Part shown: piece after piece, positions 1 to 9,130 of the stretch
Position numbering within the stretch: the stretch's first letter is position 1
Layout of the letters: the number at the start of each line of letters is the position of its first letter
Virus record (IMG/VR): IMGVR_UViG_2563366947_000002
Source of the DNA: a virus
Taxonomy: Duplodnaviria; Heunggongvirae; Uroviricota; Caudoviricetes
Strand: one strand, 5' to 3'
Length of the DNA stretch: 64,000 nt
The notes under the pieces: generated by a model
What the model saw: only the letters and a program-made list of their open reading frames with translations
Told to the model about the DNA's origin: nothing
Databases searched by the model: none
Translations under genes and position numbers: made by a program

Positions 1-577
1 CGGTGACAGCTATATTTTCCCCATTAACATTGATGTTGTTGGCTGATTTGACGTTAACACTCCCTCCTGCATTCACGATTACATCAGCCGGACCAATGAT
101 ATATATCTGCCCGGACTCATTCATGCCAATCCTTGCGCCTGCTGCCGTATTGGCAATTTCATAGCCGCCACCAGCAGTTCGTACTTCAAGAATATTGTTG
201 CGGTGAATAACGAAGTCTTTCGTTGCTGAGATTTGGGGGCGGGGAGGTGCTCCATCTACTTCCGGCGGCGTCCAGCCGTTGCCTTTGCCAGATGCTTCTG
301 GTGCAACGTTTGGAATTCCTCCCGGTGCATCCTGAGCGGCACCAACTATCATTGGGCGTCTGGTGTCTATTCGACCGTTAACATCTAAATAAGGAAACTC
401 TACCCAGACCAGGTCACCTTTGACTGTGGGTACAAAAGCGTTTCCGATGGGTAACAGGTATTCCGCCCAGGGTAGATCGTCATCAGGAACGCCATTCCAG
501 TCAGGTAAAACACGGACTTGAGCACGCATAAGCCCTGCCGGGTGCACAGTTCCAACAATTTGCGCTCTACGCTTCAT
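1..577 (-). CDS. baseplate hub/spike-like protein, N-terminal part (gene continues past left edge)
   Basis: Minus-strand frame open to window edge; ATG at 577 overlaps stop of upstream gene; N-terminus MKRRAQIVGTVHPAG with GDLVWVEF-type motif reminiscent of gpV/gp5 spike OB-folds. Confidence 0.35.
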   Translation of the reverse strand, partial: MKRRAQIVGTVHPAGLMRAQVRVLPDWNGVPDDDLPWAEYLLPIGNAFVPTVKGDLVWVEFPYLDVNGRIDTRRPMIVGAAQDAPGGIPNVAPEASGKGNGWTPPEVDGAPPRPQISATKDFVIHRNNILEVRTAGGGYEIANTAAGARIGMNESGQIYIIGPADVIVNAGGSVNVKSANNINVNGENIAVT

Positions 578-1554
578 TTGTTCGGCACTCCCAATATCAT
601 TCGTGTTGTGTAGCCTACGCGGTCTTCAAAGTGCGCAACATTTTTTACTATCAGCTTACGGGGCATTGATTCATCAATGCGGTTTTCCTGGTCATAGCGG
701 TATACGATAATCTCTATCACCATCCCCGGTTTTATATCAGGATTGCCTGCGACTTCTATATCCATTTTGGGGACGAGAGACAGCTGCATATTGCGAAGAG
801 TTTCCATATCAGAGTCGGATATATAACGCACTGGGAGTGAGCTATCGCCATATTCGACGTAGCCATCGGTCATGGAATACCCAACAAAACGATATTGATT
901 CTTTGCTGTTGTCGCATGTTCCTGTTGGAGTAGGCGCATTTTGGACAAAGTGTATTCTGCTTTAGGGTTATTCCCCTCGTAGGTAAATGATGGCGTTTGC
1001 TTCATCAGATCAGCCAGGGTGTAAAAGTTAAATTCCCCCCGGCATACCCAACATAATGCACCTTTGTCTCGCGCTATCTCCGAAAGCATTTTTGACGGTT
1101 TGTCACCGGCATTCAGATGATATGTAACTGCGCGTTTTAGCACGCTGCTGGTAATTTTAAGCTTGCCGGAATATGCCTTGAATATAGCGTCTGGTGTTTT
1201 GTTGGTATGTAAATTTGTGCGCGGGGAGGGGATCTTAAACCTGCGCACGTCTTCACTGACAGCAATAACGGTAACAACATCACCAGCCAGCATTGCAGAC
1301 GTAACAAAGAAATCTGTTTTAAAAGTGCCTGCATTACCGTTTGGATCGCCCATTTCAGCCACCAGCGATGCACCGTATTTGGCTTTCCAGTCATCAATTA
1401 CGGTGCCGGTAGCGTCATGAATTTCCAGTTTTAGCAAAGGGGCTTTGAGGCTGGTTTTTTCTACATATACTGCGGTAAAAATCCAGTCTCGTGGCACTTT
1501 GTTATCGTTAATGAGCACTGACTGTAGAAAATATTGTTGTAACTCCTGGGCCAC
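574..1554 (-). CDS. hypothetical phage tail/baseplate protein
   Basis: 326-aa ORF in a tightly packed minus-strand operon with overlapping stop/start codons. Confidence 0.4.
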   Translation of the reverse strand: MAQELQQYFLQSVLINDNKVPRDWIFTAVYVEKTSLKAPLLKLEIHDATGTVIDDWKAKYGASLVAEMGDPNGNAGTFKTDFFVTSAMLAGDVVTVIAVSEDVRRFKIPSPRTNLHTNKTPDAIFKAYSGKLKITSSVLKRAVTYHLNAGDKPSKMLSEIARDKGALCWVCRGEFNFYTLADLMKQTPSFTYEGNNPKAEYTLSKMRLLQQEHATTAKNQYRFVGYSMTDGYVEYGDSSLPVRYISDSDMETLRNMQLSLVPKMDIEVAGNPDIKPGMVIEIIVYRYDQENRIDESMPRKLIVKNVAHFEDRVGYTTRMILGVPNK

Positions 1555-1557
1555 TTA

Positions 1558-2325
1558 TCACCCCATAGATATCGAGGTTTCGGTAATAATACGTTTTGCG
1601 TCCAACTCCCATGCTGTGATCACGTCTGCAATCACACTTATCGGCGCTTGTGTGGCATAAATACGCTCTTCTCCAATTGGTGCTGAAACATCCGTAAAGC
1701 CGACTTCTTTGGCATCCTGTATCGAGCAAATCAGCGGGACCGGGACACGAACAAGGTGAGTGGTTGCTTCAAATTGTGTACCTGTCATCAGGCGAAGCCG
1801 TGCGCCCAGCGAATTACACATCAGACTCATGGTCGCTTTATCAGTTGCCATTAACGTAACGTCATACGTCAGAATGGCCTGGGTGTATTCCAGTTCTGCT
1901 AAAGGCATTCCGGTATCCGGTTCGCAAAAACTGGCTACTTTTTTGCGGTCAATCTGCTGATCATCGTTGATATAATTGATATCCATAGTGCGTGAGATAT
2001 TGACCAGGGGGAGAGCATCCCGGTTAATGTTCTGGTTTTCAGGTTTTCTCCCTTGCCCGGCATTTGCGCGACGAACTGCTTTAAGAAACTCGATCGCATT
2101 GTCGAAACGGGCCACATAGACACGCTCTGCTGGTGGACGATTCAGGAATGACGCAAAGCGTTTTTCTTCCGGCGCGGGGGCCACAAGTAAGATATCAGAA
2201 AAAATGTTGCTGATTAGCGTCGCAAACGCGTTATCCACGTTTTCAAAGCCCGTGGTCTGGAATTTTCCTGTGCGTGAGGTTTGCCATTCACCTGTTCGCG
2301 CCAGGAGGGTTTTATTTGAAGTCAT
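1558..2325 (-). CDS. hypothetical phage tail/baseplate protein
   Basis: 255-aa ORF, same operon, 4-bp spacing/overlap with neighbours. Confidence 0.4.
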   Translation of the reverse strand: MTSNKTLLARTGEWQTSRTGKFQTTGFENVDNAFATLISNIFSDILLVAPAPEEKRFASFLNRPPAERVYVARFDNAIEFLKAVRRANAGQGRKPENQNINRDALPLVNISRTMDINYINDDQQIDRKKVASFCEPDTGMPLAELEYTQAILTYDVTLMATDKATMSLMCNSLGARLRLMTGTQFEATTHLVRVPVPLICSIQDAKEVGFTDVSAPIGEERIYATQAPISVIADVITAWELDAKRIITETSISMG

Positions 2326-3125
2326 TCGATCACTCCGTTTTGAGTCGTATCAAAATTCCTGGCAGGTATGCAGTAGTAAAGCGAACCAACATGCTGTGTG
2401 CCGTAGCTAAAAATACGGTGCACGTACCACCAGCGGCGCGCTACGCCGTTTACCATCTCTTCATTCCATTCAAGAATTGAGCCGACGGGGACGTTATTTG
2501 CTGCAATACGCAGAATCAGAACATCATCGGTTAAGCCATCCTGCTCACCGTCTGCGTCAATCGCATGGAAAGAGTCACGCCCGTCAGGGTTATCCAGCAC
2601 ATAAACGATTTCAGGTTCCTGGTAAGTCAGTTCGCGTTGGTTGTTATCCAGTTCAGTGAATGACTCTTCTCCTGTTTCGTCGCTGACTACCCCATATGTG
2701 CCAACATCTGGTCGATATAAGAGAGCCTGAAACGCGTCTGGGCTGGATTCAATAATCAGCATCCAGTCTGCGCGGATTTGGTCGTTAAAGGCTTTATGCC
2801 CGTTATAGCGTGCTTTTAGCTGTGGAGTTGATTCTCTGCCAGCCAGGGAAGGTGGAAGTATGGCTATATCTGATTCGCCAGCATCCGGAGTAAGGCCACC
2901 GTTGCTATCAGCAAAATTATCATGGCTATCAGCTTTGGCGGCGGGTTGCTCTTCCAGAATGCTGAATGAATCCGAACCGGTATTGCCATGTTCCGGCGCG
3001 CCTCCTGCATTCACTTCAATCGGCGCTGGCGTTTCTCTCTGCGTGCTGTCATGTTCTGACTCCTTACTTGCCAGGTTTGCATCGTCAGCAAACCATTCGT
3101 CAAAACGGCCCATAAGCATCCTCAA
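2322..3125 (-). CDS. hypothetical phage structural protein with acidic N-terminal region
   Basis: 267-aa ORF, first gene of minus-strand operon, overlaps next gene by 4 bp. Confidence 0.4.
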   Translation of the reverse strand: MRMLMGRFDEWFADDANLASKESEHDSTQRETPAPIEVNAGGAPEHGNTGSDSFSILEEQPAAKADSHDNFADSNGGLTPDAGESDIAILPPSLAGRESTPQLKARYNGHKAFNDQIRADWMLIIESSPDAFQALLYRPDVGTYGVVSDETGEESFTELDNNQRELTYQEPEIVYVLDNPDGRDSFHAIDADGEQDGLTDDVLILRIAANNVPVGSILEWNEEMVNGVARRWWYVHRIFSYGTQHVGSLYYCIPARNFDTTQNGVIE

Positions 3126-3275
3126 AGGTCGATCTGTCAGGTATCGAAAGGAAGATTTTCGGGAGATTGTGATTTTGGATGAAGGAGGGGAAATTCATAA
3201 AATGCACTTGCGCACAGTGCGACGGTGCGCTATAGTTATGGCATTCGGTAATCATCACGGAGGATCAAATGACTA

Positions 3276-3578
3276 ATGACCAAAAAAATTAACATAAAGG
3301 ATTTCAGGGATGCGTGGCTTGATGATTTTTTTGAATTTTCAACACCACATAGAAAGATACCTCCTGATATTCATATGACATTGTCACGGAAGTTGGACAT
3401 TATCAATGCCGCAACTACCTGTAAGGATTTAAGATCACCACCAGGCAATCGGTATGAGGAACTGTCAGGGAAGCTAAATGGCTATTCATCAGTAAGGGTG
3501 AATAAGCAATATAGGTTAATTTTTAAGTGGGTTAACGGAAAGGCCGAGGACTTGTATCTCGACCCTCACAAATACTAA
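3276..3578 (+). CDS. higB: HigB-type toxin (RelE/ParE superfamily)
   Basis: 100 aa; C-terminal YRLIFKWVNGKAEDLYLDPHKY matches HigB killer-protein pattern; followed by HigA-type HTH gene. Confidence 0.7.
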   Translation: MTKKINIKDFRDAWLDDFFEFSTPHRKIPPDIHMTLSRKLDIINAATTCKDLRSPPGNRYEELSGKLNGYSSVRVNKQYRLIFKWVNGKAEDLYLDPHKY

Positions 3579-3648
3579 AACAGATACCCGGTTACGGACC
3601 GGGTTCTGACCAGAGTCCACTTAATACGCACGCTAGTAAGGGCAAAAA

Positions 3649-3987
3649 ATGAAACAGGCAACCAGAAAACCGACGACCGTAGGTGATATCCTGCTGTACG
3701 AATACCTGGAGCCATTAGAGCTGAAGATCAACGAGTTAGCAGAAATACTTCATGTTCATCGTAACACCGTAAGTGCTCTTGTTAATAATAATCGTAAGCT
3801 AACGATGGATATGGCATATCGCCTGGCAAAAGCATTCGATACTTCTGTAGATTTTTGGATTAATCTTCAGACCGCAGTAGATCTGTGGGAAGTCGAAAAT
3901 GATATGCGCGTTCAGGAAGAGTTAAGTCGTATCAATACTGCTGAAAAATTTATTTCTCAGCGTAACCTGAATAAAAAAGCAGCCTGA
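3649..3987 (+). CDS. higA: HigA-type antitoxin (XRE-family HTH)
   Basis: 112 aa; VGDILLYEYLEPLELKINELAEILHVHRNTVSALVNNNRKLTMDMAYRLAKAF matches antidote-protein HTH pattern; downstream of higB. Confidence 0.7.
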   Translation: MKQATRKPTTVGDILLYEYLEPLELKINELAEILHVHRNTVSALVNNNRKLTMDMAYRLAKAFDTSVDFWINLQTAVDLWEVENDMRVQEELSRINTAEKFISQRNLNKKAA

Positions 3988-4006
3988 TATAGTAAAACAC
4001 ATACAA

Positions 4007-4038
4007 AAAGCCCACTTAGCAAGTGGGCTTTCCTTTGT
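4007..4038 (+). terminator. rho-independent terminator after higA
   Basis: AAAGCCCACTT-agc-AAGTGGGCTTT hairpin followed by T-rich tract. Confidence 0.6.
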
Positions 4039-4043
4039 AATTA

Positions 4044-4403
4044 ATGAACATTAAACCTATCCGTACAGAACAAGATTATGAGGCCGCACTGCGTGCGGTC
4101 GAACCGATGTTCGATAACGAACCGGAAATGAATACTCCGGAAGGTGATTTCTTTGAGGTTATGAGTCTTCTCATTGAGGAGTACGAGAAGAAACATTACC
4201 CAATTGAGCCACCATCACCTATTGAGGCCATTAAATTCCGTATGGAACAGCAAGGGCTGACCGTGAAGGATCTGGAACCGGCAATTGGTAAGTCAAACCG
4301 TGTTTACGAAGTGCTTAATGGGACACGAAATTTGACGTTACCTATGATTCGTCGTTTACATGCCCAGTTTGGTATTCCACTGGAAAGTCTGGTTGGTGTT
4401 TAA
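4044..4403 (+). CDS. second HigA-family antitoxin-like HTH protein
   Basis: 119 aa; N-terminal IRTEQDYEAAL and C-terminal NGTRNLTLPMIRRLHAQFGIP HTH resemble E. coli K-12 type HigA antitoxins; no obvious cognate toxin directly upstream. Confidence 0.5.
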   Translation: MNIKPIRTEQDYEAALRAVEPMFDNEPEMNTPEGDFFEVMSLLIEEYEKKHYPIEPPSPIEAIKFRMEQQGLTVKDLEPAIGKSNRVYEVLNGTRNLTLPMIRRLHAQFGIPLESLVGV

Positions 4404-4453
4404 GTTTGGCGGTCTGGAGGACCGCTTTTTATCTAAAATAAAAATTAGAAGGT

Positions 4454-5203
4454 TTGATAGCTTGTATGGGCAAAAATTCATCAACAGAAAACACATCTAC
4501 AATTGACTCAATCAAGGGCACAATGGATGAAGCCATAAAAGATAAATTATTTAATAAATTATTTGCATATGTGGTGGTTTCATTTTTTGTCGTTAATTGG
4601 CAAGAAATACTAATTTTGTTTAAATCTAAATATGATATATACACAACACTGTCTATAGTATGGGTAGGGGATAAATATCAAATCCCTTATTTTGGAACCT
4701 TCATTGTATCTCCGTTTTTAGCTCACTTTGTTATGCCGTTTATATATGGCACTATTGCGTCCATAGTAATGCCTTATATTACTATGCGTATATCAAAACT
4801 AACTGGTAGAAATTATGCGCAAATAAGATACATTGACCATGAATTTGACTCAGAAGAGAAAGCAAGAGTAAAGGCGTTACTGAGAAACCTAAAGAAAAAA
4901 GAGGAAGAGCTTTTAAAATTAGAGGAACAAATAGAAGGTCAACAAAAAATACTGAATACAATCGAAGAAAAGAAGAGAGAGATTGAGAGTGCCAGAGTGG
5001 CTCTGTATCACGGTATAAAAGTAATTGTTGATATATATAAAGCAAAAGATAAAAGGATTTCCACCAAAGAAGATTTTGCCGATTTATTAAAAGCAATTGA
5101 AGGAAGTGATTTTTATAAAGACACTGGGTTGTGGGGTATTAATAATTTAATAGATGACGTGGAGACAATATATGAGTCTCAATCGACATCAAAGGACAAG
5201 TAA
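4454..5203 (+). CDS. AT-rich membrane/coiled-coil protein of unknown function
   Basis: 249-aa ORF, markedly AT-rich versus surroundings, hydrophobic N-terminal half, charged coiled-coil C-terminal half; likely start at a downstream in-frame Met (MGKNSS...). Confidence 0.45.
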   Translation: MIACMGKNSSTENTSTIDSIKGTMDEAIKDKLFNKLFAYVVVSFFVVNWQEILILFKSKYDIYTTLSIVWVGDKYQIPYFGTFIVSPFLAHFVMPFIYGTIASIVMPYITMRISKLTGRNYAQIRYIDHEFDSEEKARVKALLRNLKKKEEELLKLEEQIEGQQKILNTIEEKKREIESARVALYHGIKVIVDIYKAKDKRISTKEDFADLLKAIEGSDFYKDTGLWGINNLIDDVETIYESQSTSKDK

Positions 5204-5206
5204 TAT

Positions 5207-5233
5207 AAAAGGCGGGATAACCGCCTTTGTTGT
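5207..5233. terminator. bidirectional terminator between convergent genes
   Basis: GGCGG-gataa-CCGCC hairpin flanked by A-run and T-run. Confidence 0.6.
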
Positions 5234-5236
5234 AAA

Positions 5237-6433
5237 TTAAGAACCTTTCTTCACATACTCCATAAACATTTTTTCAGCTTGCTCAGGTGACGTTCCTGCC
5301 ATGACAAGCGCATCAATGAACGCCTGCTTCTTCAGTGCGAACTGATCGGCAAGGCGTTGCTGAAGCTCCTTGTTTTTCTGTTTCTCACGTTGCAAGGCCG
5401 CTTCTTTTGCTGCCGCCCGTTTTTTCTGTGCGTCTGACAACTTTCTGGCTTTGGTCAATTGGTCACGTAGCTTGTCAATTTTGCCGTTGTCCTTTGCCAG
5501 TTTTGTGCTTAAAGCGGCCTGGCGCTTCTGATAGAGCCTCCATTCGCGCTTGGCAGCGTCAACGTTTGTTTTACTGTTGCGATTGCGATTAAACTCCCTC
5601 TCGTCTTCTTTTGAGAAGTGTTTGGTTGTACGGCGGCGATCGTCACCAAATGCAATTTGCGTTGCGGCCTTTTGTAACGCACGAGCAATACTCATTTGCC
5701 AACTAGCGGACTGTAACCGCGTCATTGAGTGGATCACGTGTTTACAGGCGACGCCTTGTAGCTTAGGGTTACGAACTTTTGGATAGGCGTATTCTTTTGG
5801 CGGGGCCAGGGCAAAGTTACCCGCAGTAGCGATGTAACGATACCAGTATTGATGACGACCACAGTCACAATCGAAAGACACCCGCCCGGCGCACAGTGAT
5901 TTAGTGATTTTCAGAGCTGATTTATCGTCTTCTGCGATGTCATCGACCATCTGATCCCATTCTTCAAAGCGTATCCGGACGATATGGTGCTGGTGGACGG
6001 ATATATCCGATGCTTCTACGCGGATATTAATCACGTTGTGGCGAAGAGATACGGGTGTAGCTCTTTTGATACCAGATCCGTCATCCACGGCGTTATTTGC
6101 ACGCTTAATATCGATTGCTTGGCTGGATGCCACCAGCTGGGCGTATGTGATGCCAGCCGTCTTGCTGTCATATTTTTCGCGTGTTTTACTCCGTAGCTTT
6201 TCGAAACCTTTCAGGTCGTCTCGCGTGAAGAACGTGCCGCCTTTTTTCTTCCCTAACTTGAGAATATCTTCGGCGGATTTGTTCCTCAGTCTACCTGGCG
6301 TCAGCGTCCGGTGAGCTTGTCGGCGCTTACGGGTTTGTTCTTTCCTGATAAGGTCGAATAAACGCGTGAAGTCCTTAGAGGACAGGCCGTCAGTGATATA
6401 GCGCCCGTCCTGGTTTTTCAGGAAATCAGGCAT
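5237..6433 (-). CDS. hypothetical protein with SWIM-like zinc finger and coiled-coil C-terminus
   Basis: 398 aa; CDCGRHQYWYRY...ACKHV resembles CxC...CxH SWIM motif; overlaps upstream 109-aa gene by 8 bp. Confidence 0.45.
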   Translation of the reverse strand: MPDFLKNQDGRYITDGLSSKDFTRLFDLIRKEQTRKRRQAHRTLTPGRLRNKSAEDILKLGKKKGGTFFTRDDLKGFEKLRSKTREKYDSKTAGITYAQLVASSQAIDIKRANNAVDDGSGIKRATPVSLRHNVINIRVEASDISVHQHHIVRIRFEEWDQMVDDIAEDDKSALKITKSLCAGRVSFDCDCGRHQYWYRYIATAGNFALAPPKEYAYPKVRNPKLQGVACKHVIHSMTRLQSASWQMSIARALQKAATQIAFGDDRRRTTKHFSKEDEREFNRNRNSKTNVDAAKREWRLYQKRQAALSTKLAKDNGKIDKLRDQLTKARKLSDAQKKRAAAKEAALQREKQKNKELQQRLADQFALKKQAFIDALVMAGTSPEQAEKMFMEYVKKGS

Positions 6434-6755
6434 TTTCTATCTCCGGTTCCGCGCTCGCGTAATCACGGATCTTGTTCCTCAGCCATGCCACATCAGGAAG
6501 AGTTAACGTGGTCCCGGCGGGCATTTCTTCCATTTCTGACTCATGGCCCACCAGCACCCGGAATACCCAGCGCAAATCTGCATTGCCATACGCCCTGTAG
6601 GCTGCAAGGTCTGAACGATATACTTCATCAATCTTTATCGTGTACTGGAAATTATCAGAGTGATACTCCGATACCCGCTTAATCATTTCCTGGTGAAACA
6701 GCGCACGAAAAATATCGTCTTCAATGTACCTATCGTCGAGTCTGCTATAGCCCAT
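6426..6755 (-). CDS. hypothetical protein
   Basis: 109-aa ORF overlapping start of downstream gene. Confidence 0.4.
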   Translation of the reverse strand: MGYSRLDDRYIEDDIFRALFHQEMIKRVSEYHSDNFQYTIKIDEVYRSDLAAYRAYGNADLRWVFRVLVGHESEMEEMPAGTTLTLPDVAWLRNKIRDYASAEPEIENA

Positions 6756-6948
6756 AACAAAGCCTCTCAGTCATAACCTGGGGGAAACTGTATGCAGGGT
6801 GTGAAATGCGAGAAACAGACAGGCCACCAGTTCAGGGGGATGTGGTTCATAAATTCCCTCACTGGTGACAAGTGACTTTCATTAATCTTTATGCGGGGGC
6901 CAGCTTCATTTGCTGGCATTAGATTAAAAATTAAACGGAGTGAATGAC

Positions 6949-7083
6949 ATGGATGTTATCTTCGAATTATTAATGCTAATTGATCTGTTTATGAACGCTT
7001 CATTGACCACTCAAATACTCGCGTCAATATTTTTGTTACTCTTCTACCTGGTATTGAGGGAGTTAACAAAGCTACTAATGTGA
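6949..7083 (+). CDS. small hydrophobic peptide (44 aa), unannotated in ORF track
   Basis: ATG with GGAG 8 nt upstream; MDVIFELLMLIDLFMNASLTTQILASIFLLLFYLVLRELTKLLM; stop abuts stop of convergent gene. Confidence 0.3.
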   Translation: MDVIFELLMLIDLFMNASLTTQILASIFLLLFYLVLRELTKLLM

Positions 7084-7737
7084 TCAAAGTATCACGGTAT
7101 CTTCATCAACTTCTTTCCCAGTCAGTGACTTTGGCTGGGAGGTGCCTGCTTTAACTTTTTCATGCCCAATAATGGACAGGAACGAAGCGAGTATGCCTGT
7201 TTTTTGCTCTTTCTCGACTGTACCGGTCATCTGCTCTACGTAATCCGCACTGGCAACATTGTGGTATACGGTCGCGTAGCAACACAGGATCATCAAAATA
7301 TGCTCCGGCCTGATATCCTGCCAGTTCACCCGGTAGACTTCTTCTCCGTTACCGTTGTATTCGGTGTCAACGATGGAGTCAGGGATTTCGAAAGCACCTT
7401 TGTTATTTTGCGGCAGGGATAATAGCTTCTGGAGTTTTAACTCTCTGTATCTTTCCATCCCGACGATGATTGCTGCTCTGCCATCGGCATGACGGGTCTT
7501 GAGAGTCACCTGGCTTGCTCCGGTGCCAGCGGAGATCGTTGGCGTAATTTCGTCTACCAGTACCTTAAATTTGCTTTTCCGCAGGGCTGCTATAGCTGGA
7601 GGAATTTTTTGCTTTTGCTCCAATGCTGACGCGGGAAGGGGTTTTACTTCGTTAATAATGAGAGCACCGTCTTTCAGTATTGCAGTGAGCATTTGAGGCT
7701 TGCTGGTGGTCAGGCTGAATATTGCGATCTTTTCCAT
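7084..7737 (-). CDS. hypothetical protein
   Basis: ORF track 7084..7779; start moved to ATG at 7737 (MEKIAIFSL...) which has a GGAGG Shine-Dalgarno; upstream Met lies inside a terminator hairpin. Confidence 0.45.
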   Translation of the reverse strand: MEKIAIFSLTTSKPQMLTAILKDGALIINEVKPLPASALEQKQKIPPAIAALRKSKFKVLVDEITPTISAGTGASQVTLKTRHADGRAAIIVGMERYRELKLQKLLSLPQNNKGAFEIPDSIVDTEYNGNGEEVYRVNWQDIRPEHILMILCCYATVYHNVASADYVEQMTGTVEKEQKTGILASFLSIIGHEKVKAGTSQPKSLTGKEVDEDTVIL

Positions 7738-7763
7738 TGTCCTTCCTCCACGGATGACGGATA

Positions 7764-7789
7764 CAAAAAAAGGCCGCACATGGCGGCCT
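7764..7789 (-). terminator. minus-strand intrinsic terminator/attenuator upstream of 7737 gene
   Basis: AGGCCGC-acatg-GCGGCCT hairpin followed on minus strand by T7 run. Confidence 0.5.
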
Positions 7790-8020
7790 GCTTTGGCGTT
7801 ATGACTCCCTACCGCGCTTCGGCTGAAAGTTAATCGTCAAAAGAACCTTCAACGGGAGCCGTTAGCGCGATGGATTATGTGTAGTTTGTGATTTCCAAAA
7901 TAGTGTCAACCACTTTTTGTGGATTTTATTTTTTGACCGAAATTTGGCCTAAATCATGTTGATGTAGTTAATTATTTTTATAACATAAAACTTCATTTTG
8001 TTTACATGAAGGATGGTGTA

Positions 8021-8629
8021 GTGAAGTTAAGGGTTTTAGGGGCCGCGCTCGCGGCTATGTTGGGATGCGTATCTGTTAATACTGCCAATGCAACTGCGTT
8101 ACCTGCACAATTCAGGGCAGGGCAGCAGGTTATGAATAACGCTGGTGGGGATCATTCACAAGCGGCAATTATGGACTTTTGCAAGAGGGAGGGCATTCCA
8201 TTACGGCCTGTTGGAACTCAGTTTATTGGTAAAACTGACTTTTGCGTTTTTGCATATACAGCATATCTGACGGACAAAGCTATAACAAAAACAGGTTATT
8301 CAACCAAAGATACTCTTTCCAGATTAAGTCAGGGATGGCAGCAATTCGAAGTGTATCGCCAGCAAGGATTAGGTGAGTTATTGCAACCACTTTTTATGCT
8401 TGCGTTGGTGCCAGAGGGGCAGCAATTTTTGGTTAAAAAGGGAATGCTTCGCCAAAGTGATATTGCCGGGTTCGATAGCATGATGGCTTATGAGCGCAAA
8501 CTAACCGAGCAGCGAAATAAAAAACCATCTGCTTCATGTGTGCAAAGTAAAACAGCAGAATACAGTGCAGTAGCCGGGCCTTTAGCCAAACAAATGGCAG
8601 AGCAATGGTGTAAAAAATACGGGCAATAA
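8021..8629 (+). CDS. secreted protein of unknown function
   Basis: GTG start with AGGA SD gives MKLRVLGAALAAMLGCVSVNTANA signal peptide; ORF track starts at 8006. Confidence 0.5.
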   Translation: MKLRVLGAALAAMLGCVSVNTANATALPAQFRAGQQVMNNAGGDHSQAAIMDFCKREGIPLRPVGTQFIGKTDFCVFAYTAYLTDKAITKTGYSTKDTLSRLSQGWQQFEVYRQQGLGELLQPLFMLALVPEGQQFLVKKGMLRQSDIAGFDSMMAYERKLTEQRNKKPSASCVQSKTAEYSAVAGPLAKQMAEQWCKKYGQ

Positions 8630-8649
8630 GTTACGCCGCGGAGGCAGAA

Positions 8650-9042
8650 TTGAAAAGATTGGCTATTGCTTTACTGGCGTCTTTCCCTTTGATCGCGAGC
8701 GCCGGAAATTTACAAGTTAAGTGCGGTCGGTTTGATATAAAAATCTATCCAGATGCCATATTTCTGAATGGGAATAAGGTTGATAACGCACACCGAAAAA
8801 CTGAATCTGACGTAATGAGCTATGTGTTCCAGGAGTATGCGGAGATGGGGGGAACTTACACGCTGTACTCGCTGGATGTTCCTTCTCGCGGTGATATGAC
8901 ATTATCCCATCAATGGCAGAACGCCGATGGCGAAGCTCTGCGCGAGGTTAAAACAGAAAAATGTGGCACTTTCCATTCTTTTAAAGGGAAAGCGCCAAAT
9001 GTTAAATCTGTGCTTGAAAAACAGCGCGCAGGTGATTTTTAA
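8650..9042 (+). CDS. secreted protein of unknown function
   Basis: 130 aa with N-terminal signal peptide MKRLAIALLASFPLIASA. Confidence 0.5.
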   Translation: MKRLAIALLASFPLIASAGNLQVKCGRFDIKIYPDAIFLNGNKVDNAHRKTESDVMSYVFQEYAEMGGTYTLYSLDVPSRGDMTLSHQWQNADGEALREVKTEKCGTFHSFKGKAPNVKSVLEKQRAGDF

Positions 9043-9064
9043 ACTGCGTTAGAACTTTGAACAT

Positions 9065-9108
9065 GGCGACAACACATCTTGGTGGCTGCGTTGTCGCTGT
9101 ATGCTTTT
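9065..9108 (+). terminator. possible terminator hairpin
   Basis: 8-bp GCGACAAC/GTTGTCGC stem with 16-nt loop followed by short T-run; weak. Confidence 0.3.
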
Positions 9109-9130
9109 ATAATATAAAGCATTAAAGTTT

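Noticed and set aside
1137-1420. Overlapping 85-86-aa ORFs on both strands
   Set aside because: Nested inside the 326-aa tail-protein gene in alternative frames
3126-3275. Possible conserved late-promoter element (CTATAG-containing) upstream of structural operons
   Set aside because: Only two loose occurrences (3230 region and 55765 region) and no consistent spacing to start codons; insufficient to call
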